A DNA stretch of 64,000 bases from Eledone cirrhosa (Eukaryota): contig OZ024740.1 in NCBI GenBank assembly GCA_964016885.1, forward strand, positions 80,848,001-80,912,000, in the 5' to 3' direction. The stretch's first letter is position 1, and every line of letters begins with the position of its first letter. A program made the translations under genes and the position numbers. This document shows, one piece after another, positions 56,095 to 64,000 of this stretch. Under the pieces are notes generated by a model that had not been told where the DNA came from, made no database searches, and saw only the letters and a list, made by a program, of their open reading frames with translations.

Positions 56095-56759
56095 AAATGT
56101 GTGTAATCCTTGGTACAGTTAGGTATATTAAGACAAGGGGGAAGAAAAAATTGCTTCACTTGTGCTTTCAACAAATTTATTTTCTTCACAAAATCCAAAA
56201 AGAATTTTTCTTAAAAAAAATTATTTTATAAATTAAGTTGTTGGTTGTTGGTTAGGTCTTAGGAGTTCTTGGTTAACGTGGGAGGTATTGTTTCGTTTTT
56301 AGAAAGACCTTTCACGCTGAGGTGCGCTTGTCAAACTGATGTGTATGTGATGTGTTGTTCTATATATAGGGATTTAACATGTCTGTGGTGTGGTGGGAGT
56401 TCCTTTTCTCCCCCTTTAATAAGTGCATGGGTGTAGGTGTGTTGAAAAAGTGTTCATAGCAGTAATGAGTTGAGACGGTGAGTAGGATTGGGTGGGGAGA
56501 AATGTAGCAAGTGCGGCCTGCCCCGGTCATTCTCGAAAAATTCCTTTATTCAGGGGAAAAAGCTTTTAGTATTGCTTTTGTGTTGAGAATGGTCACAGGC
56601 AAATCGCACCTGTCAAGTTTGTGAATAATTATTTTTTTCTTTTTTTCATGAAGAATTTTTCTACGTCCATCCCAAAGTTAGTCCTTTGTTCAACACACAC
56701 ATATGTGGGCATATACGTACATACACACACGGGCATATGTAGGAATATATAGGCACACA

Positions 56760-57788
<1,029 letters not shown>

Positions 57789-57918
57789 GTGAGGTTTTTT
57801 TTACAAAATGAAAAATAACCGAGGTGTCCTACACGAGTGAAAGTATAAAGAAAAAGAGATGAAATCGAAATGCAACTGAAGTCTTATTTTTAAAAAAAAT
57901 ATATATATTTATTTGGTT

Positions 57919-57956
57919 CCTTTACCGGTTTCGCAGTTCTTCTGCTTTTCAAAAGG
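57919..57956 (-). ncRNA. Minimal hammerhead with U3-A8 compensatory core
   Basis: cctt-TTGAAAA-gcag(aagaa)ctgc-GAAA-ccgg-TA-aagg. All stems pair perfectly. Confidence 0.82.
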
Positions 57957-58481
57957 TGAGTTGAGATGGAGGGTCTGTGGTTTTTCTCACATCTGGTTGA
58001 TCTCTGAATGTTACTTGTTTTATATGGAAAAAGTGGCTCGAAATTCCAGGTTTTTCGAGAAGTAATTTGATTGGTTTGTCAATAATTATAATAAATTTCG
58101 CGCCAGTTCGCGTTACAATAGTTTTTCAAATAAGAGAGGGAGGGGGTTGGGGGTTTGTCACAGGTTGTTTTTTCATATATGAGTGTTTGAATTTCTTTTT
58201 ACTTGAAAAAAGGAGGCTCACGAAGGCTTTTTTTTGGTTGGTTATAAATGAAATTTGGCTGTCACGTGAACAAGTTTTTATTACATTTTTGCGCCCTTAT
58301 TTGGAAAACTATTCTGTAGTCTTTATAGTGAATGTTATGACAATGGAGAGATAGTGGTCAAGAGAAAAGGGATTGGGAGAAATGTTCTGGTTCAGTGAAT
58401 ATGGCCAGCTCGCCGGGGTGTCAGAGTTCAGATTTTATATTGAGACTGAAGATATGTATGTTTATTTGTGTGCTTGTGTGT

Positions 58482-58528
<47 letters not shown>

Positions 58529-59041
58529 TGTGTATGTGTGTATTGGAAGATTATTCTATTAGTAGAGATGGGGGAGGGAGTTGTGTGTGTGTGTATATGG
58601 GTGTTATGTGTGTGTGTGCGAGTTGTTAAGATGGAGAGAATATATATTTTGTGTGTGTGTATATATATATGTGTGTAGGAAAGTGGTTCTATTAGTAGAA
58701 ATGGGGAGGGAGTTGTAGGTGTGGGGGTTGTTATGTGTGTGTATGCGTGTTATGTGTGTGGGGGTATGGTTAGCATGTTAAGATGAAGAGAATATATATA
58801 TTGTGTGTGTGTGTATGTGTGTGTGTAGGAAAGTGATTCCTTTACTAGGAATATTTTTGAATGAACATATTTTCCTTACTTTTTCGTGTTTGCTGTTGTA
58901 TTGCCAGTGCAAACGTATGTTAAGGTTTATTTAGTTCGGGTTTTTATTTTCTAAAGTAGAAGGTGTTATGTAAATTGGGCTACTCAGCCGTTAATATGCA
59001 TAAGGTAAGTATATACGTTCAACAATCTGGCAGGAAGGTAT

Positions 59042-59084
59042 ACGTTGCTGACGATAGCTAACAAGCTTGAAACTAGTACAGCGT
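59042..59084 (+). ncRNA. Hammerhead, sister of 127-169
   Basis: acgttg-CTGACGA-t-agct(aaca)agct-t-GAAA-ctag-TA-cagcgt. Confidence 0.88.
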
Positions 59085-59349
59085 TCCTTTGTCAGTGTTG
59101 AACAAACGAGCAACGGTGGTTGCTAGACACTACGGCTTAATACGGGATGTTTGTTTACAAACACACCGAGCATTATAATAAATGTTCGGTGAATCCATAC
59201 GTGCATGTATATATGTGTGCATGTATGTATATATATATATACATACTACTGTACGTCGGTATACATATATGTATGTACGTGTACATACTTATATTTAAGT
59301 AACAGCCGTACTAAGAGTGGGAAATGAAATATCGTTTCATTTTTTCCAT

Positions 59350-59411
<62 letters not shown>

Positions 59412-59479
59412 GTGTTTGTGTGGTTCCCTTTGTGTGTATTTATATATGTGTGTATGTGTGTATATATGTGTATATATGT

Positions 59480-59538
<59 letters not shown>

Positions 59539-59730
59539 ATAAATACAATATCGGAGAAAGCTTTTGAGCGATACTCCGGCTAAATTCCAACTCACTCAAC
59601 AACCATTAGGAAATAAGTGATTATATTCCCAATTATGTGTTCGGGGTGCTAACTAAAATTATTGCGTGGAAAATTGGCTGTATTATTTCATGTGAGACAT
59701 ATGTATATATATATACATATATATATATAT

Positions 59731-59818
59731 AGGAACAAGTAAGACTCACTCTACTACCCTAAGTATTGAGTACTTTGGTGCGTTATGGTCCACCTGGTTC
59801 CTTACCACATTTCCTTCG

Positions 59819-59820
<2 letters not shown>
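59731..59820 (+). mobile_element. Third copy of the 15791 element, palindrome deleted
   Basis: aggaacaagtaagac is joined directly to the tail cactctactaccctaag..ttcgtta. Confidence 0.8.
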
Positions 59821-59902
<82 letters not shown>

Positions 59903-60384
59903 GTATGTGTGGGTGTATGTGGGTGCGCGCGAGTGTGTGAGTGAGTGTGTTTGTGAATGTGTCTGTTTATTTTTGGAATATAGTTGAATAGTTTAAGAGA
60001 AATTTGAAGATAATGGTATGATATACACTCAATATTTTGAATTGGTCTATAGAATTCTCTAGGCCTTTGTCACTTAGTAGAACCTTAAAAAATTTAACTT
60101 TTAAAGAATCTCCCCTTTCTTTAAATCCATCAACAATGACTGACCCCCAATGATCTTATAGACACCTGATATCTAGGCATTGTTAGCTTAAGAGAAACTT
60201 AAAAAATAAGGAGTGGCACCCCATCCCGAACTTGTTTATAGAATTCTTTCTGCCTTTCTTACTCTAAAAATAAACTATAGCTTTGAAGAATTAGCTTTTA
60301 ATGAATTCCCTTTTCTATCAACCAATGACCTACACCCATCCCACTCCTACCACCTATAAATACCATACCTATTTTTTGATACCC

Positions 60385-60435
60385 AGATTCCTGATGATTT
60401 CTAATGAATGAAACAATTCTACTCCTGTAGAATCT
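60385..60435 (+). ncRNA. Hammerhead, family of 22236-22420
   Basis: agattc-CTGATGA-t-ttc(taat)gaa-t-GAAA-ca..tg-TA-gaatct. Confidence 0.82.
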
Positions 60436-60774
60436 CATCTATATTAAAACTTTTATACTCTGCTTACTTACTGTGGTTACCTCCGACTCAACCCGGAATA
60501 ACGTATATATATATATATATATATATATTAGGTAATTCCGAAGTAAAAACAAAAGAAAATAGACTGCTCTATGTATATAACAGAGCTATTTAGAAAGTGA
60601 ACAACACAAAATATAACTACTCCATTACCAAAAGTAATGGAGTAGTCATATTTTGTGTTGTTCACTTTCTAATTGGTCATCTGACAGAGAGACTGATCCA
60701 GACGTATAGTAATATTGACTGGTATCCAGAAACATTTGGTAATGGAGAAGTTATATTTTGTATTGTTCACTTTC

Positions 60775-60868
<94 letters not shown>

Positions 60869-60913
60869 AAGTGTTAAAACGATCAAATTTTATTTTAGTT
60901 TAGAACATTTATT

Positions 60914-60960
60914 TGCTGACAATTGTTTCTTCCAGAGGGAAGTCTGGTTTCATCGGAGCA
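60914..60960 (-). ncRNA. Hammerhead variant (CCGAUGA core)
   Basis: tgct-CCGATGA-aa-ccaga(cttccc)tctgg-aa-GAAA-caattg-TC-agca. Confidence 0.75.
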
Positions 60961-61843
60961 TAGGGAATGTCGAAACATCATACTTAAATCCTAGTCACTT
61001 ATAACATTTAGGGTACATCATTGTTGTTAGTGTTATAGTAACATGTGGAGAGTCAGGAGTTAAACAGATGTTCTGCTTGAAAGAACACAATTACATGCAG
61101 CACTGGTTGAAAGTGTAAGATGTATAAGCGAAAATCACAAGCAAAGAAATAGAGACAAAAAAAAGTTACAAGCAAGGAAAATTGGTTTACAATGCAGTCA
61201 TAAGGCATGTACGAGGAAAGAGTTATAATGCAGTTGAAATAAAAATATTTTGTGTGGGGTGTTAAATCATGTTATAATTGTTATAAATATTTAAGATAGT
61301 TTGCAATTTGTTAGAGAGGCATGTGGTGATAATGCAGGTATTTGTTATGTAAGGTGTAATGCAAAGCACGCGATAGAGTTGGATATGTGATTTTCATACA
61401 AGTGTTTTTGTGTTGTAGTTCCTATGTATGTGTATATGTTGTTTGTAATTCACAGCCATTAACCATGGGATTATTTTGAGTCGTTTATAGTCAATAGGTA
61501 TTTGTTTGTTAAATGTAAATTTCACCGAATTACTGGCCATGTTGTTATTGTAGATATATTATCATTTTCTATCTACAAATCATCTTTTCTAGGGTTTGTA
61601 TTAACCGTTATTAAGCTGTTATTAAGCGTTAGAACTACCCTCCATATTTATAGTGTATGAAACATATATAAATATAAATATTCTTGTTACTATATATACG
61701 TATATGTATATGTATATATATAATTGGTGTTGGATGCTTAAAGCGTCCATATGAGGTAGACCGTATGAGAACTCGATACTCTCATAGAGCAGAGTATATC
61801 ACAGAAAAAAATAAAATCAGTGTTGCGACGAATGGAATTTATT

Positions 61844-61940
61844 AGGCATATTACAATCGTTTCTCTGGCGACCAGCTCGAGCATGATCTATGTAATGATC
61901 GAACCTGACTCTGAAGATCGCAAGGTCCTCAGATACGTCT
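61844..61940 (-). ncRNA. Hammerhead with long stem II in palindromic element 61722-62178; mutated twin on + at 62032-62129
   Basis: agacgtat-CTGAGGA-c..gcgatc/ggtcgc..a-GAAA-cgattg-TA-atatg(c/t)ct. Confidence 0.75.
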
Positions 61941-62184
61941 TGATTCTAAGAAGTAGATTTTCCTAGGAAAAGCAGATAATTCTTGATTCTACGAAGCAGC
62001 TTTTACTAGGAAAATCTGCTTCGTCGAATCAAGACGTATCTGAGGGCCTTGAGATTTTAAGAGTCAGGTTCTATCATCACATCGATCGTGCCTCGAGATG
62101 GTCGCCAGAGAAACGATTGTAATATGTCTAATAAATTCCATTCGTCGCAACATTGATTCTCTTTTTTTCTGTGATATATATATA

Positions 62185-64000
62185 TCCCCCGCACTCCCAC
62201 CCACTATCTACTTCCTCCCCAAGCTCCACAAACCCGACGACCCCGGCCGCCACATCATCTCCGTTTGCAACTGTCCCACCGAACTCATCTCAGCCTTTCT
62301 TGACTCCATCCTCGCCCCCCTCGTCACCACACTCCCCTCTCACATCTCCGACACCAACCACGCCATTTGACACAAGAATGGGCCCAAACTATGCCAACCT
62401 CTTCGTTGGCCATGTTGAGACTCAAATCTTTGCCCAGTACACCGGCCCCACGCCCGATCTGTACGGTCGTTACATCGACAACTGTATCGGAACCACGAAC
62501 CCCACCCGAGAACAGCTCGACTCCTTTCTCTCCTTCTTCTGCTCCTTCCACGCCTCCCTCCACTTAACCACCTCTATCTCCACCACCAACGTCTACTTCT
62601 TGGACATCTCTGTCGCCGTCGACCCCTCCCACCGCTCCCTCTTCACATCCGCCTTCTTCAAACCCACCGACTCCCACTCCTACCTCGACTTCACCTCCTC
62701 CCACTCTACAGACACAAAACACTCGATTTCATCTGCTCCCACCACTCCCCTCCTTCAAACGCACCTGTAATCTCCGCACCCTCCTCGTCCGCAGCTACCT
62801 ACCCCCAACACATGCCCCCCCCCCGCTTCCCTTCTCTGCTGCAGGCTTCGCTGCCACACCTGCCCTCACATCACCAACACCACCACCTTCCAGGGTCCCA
62901 ACGGCCACTCTCTCTCTGTCCGGCACGCCTTCCGCTGCACCTCCTCCAGCCTCGTCTACGGATTTCGCTGCCCGGAGTGCAGCTAACCCTACGTCGTACA
63001 GACTGGACGTCGCCTGGCGGACCGTTTCACTGAACACCTCCGGGATATTCGTCTCGGCGGGAGTTCCCCAATCGCCAGCCACTTTGGCTCCCCTGGACAT
63101 TCCGCCCACCACCTCAGTCTGTGGCCTACTCCAATGCCTCACGGTCGACAGACACACCATCTTCACCCTACAGACCCACACACGCCTGAACTCCCCACCC
63201 CTAATCCTTTAGCCTTCGACCGCCCACCTTTCCACCCCACACATCCCCAACTAACACCACTAAAACACTCATCCTTTTCACCGCCACACCCCCTTGGTCC
63301 ACCCCACAACTAACAATACTAACACCCACACACACATACTCATCCAAACACGCACACACACACCAGTACACTACACTCCCTTCTCCGTCCCCAACAACTT
63401 TTCTCTCCCTCTCCCCGCTCCACCTACACCCCTTCACACACACATCCCACTAACACCTCTACTAATATACACCACCACCTTCCCCCTCCACTTTTCCCAC
63501 CTACCTGTCCACCGCACATCCGCACACACAGACACACAGTCCTCACCACATACAGACCATTTCTCCACCTGTCATCCTCCTTTACTGTTATCTCTTCACC
63601 CTGCCTTGACCATCTGACCACTTCCTTTTGCGCGCGCACTCCACATCTCTCCACTTCCGACCACCATAACTAATGGATTCCACACCACCGTTCATCGTTC
63701 CAGCTATCGACTCTATAACATGAAAAATATCCAACATCTCATCGCACACTCCAGAGAACTACCTTAGGAACTTACCCACGAACAAACACTCACAATTTTT
63801 TTCGAACCACGCCACCTACATCCACACAACGTATAAACACAAACACACACGTGCGCATCCTCACATATACACACTCAGCCTCCGGAATCCACACGCTCCC
63901 CCCTCCCCCCTCTGACCCCTCTCCATCCACACGGACGCACACACCCACTTACACCCCACGCCACGCACACACTTTTTTTCCTGAACATGGAACCTCGTTC
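62185..64000 (+). mobile_element. Internally deleted C-rich PLE (RT + GIY-YIG + 3' region), runs off the window
   Basis: IYFLPKLHKPDDPGR, TRMGPNYANLFVG, YGRYIDN, FLDI, FKPTDSHSYL, LVYGFRC..QTGRRLADRFTEH. Confidence 0.85.

Noticed and set aside
61860-62110. Idea that the palindrome interior is one giant stem II or a viroid-like rod
   Set aside because: Each arm contains its own complete hammerhead, so a simple inverted duplication explains it.

Overview
Eukaryotic, AT-rich, microsatellite-dense intergenic or intronic DNA. The repeat content resembles a cephalopod such as octopus, but that is inference. I see no host gene. Transposable elements dominate the window: a near-complete Tx1-like LINE (1.5-7.4 kb), a decayed R4/Dong-type restriction-like-endonuclease (RLE) retroposon (43.9-48.1 kb), an internally deleted mariner, a hAT MITE, tRNA-derived SINEs, RTE fragments and many Penelope-like element (PLE) remnants, including one nearly intact copy at 38.1-41.0 kb. 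The strongest signal is non-coding. About 20 full or partial type I hammerhead ribozyme motifs from many unrelated PLE terminal-repeat (pLTR) families can be folded by eye on both strands. Many have palindromic (dimer-type) stem III and non-canonical cores. About 15 pLTR copies from otherwise unalignable families share a covarying bulged stem-loop (RYTC-hairpin-TH-GARY) roughly 35-75 nt before their 3' junction with (TA)n; this is a candidate undescribed cis-signal for PLE retrotransposition. Inverted 5' arms repeatedly end at internal TA microhomologies, and three loci show tandem ribozyme units about 525-540 nt apart (retrozyme-like). All folds were done manually and none is computationally or experimentally validated.
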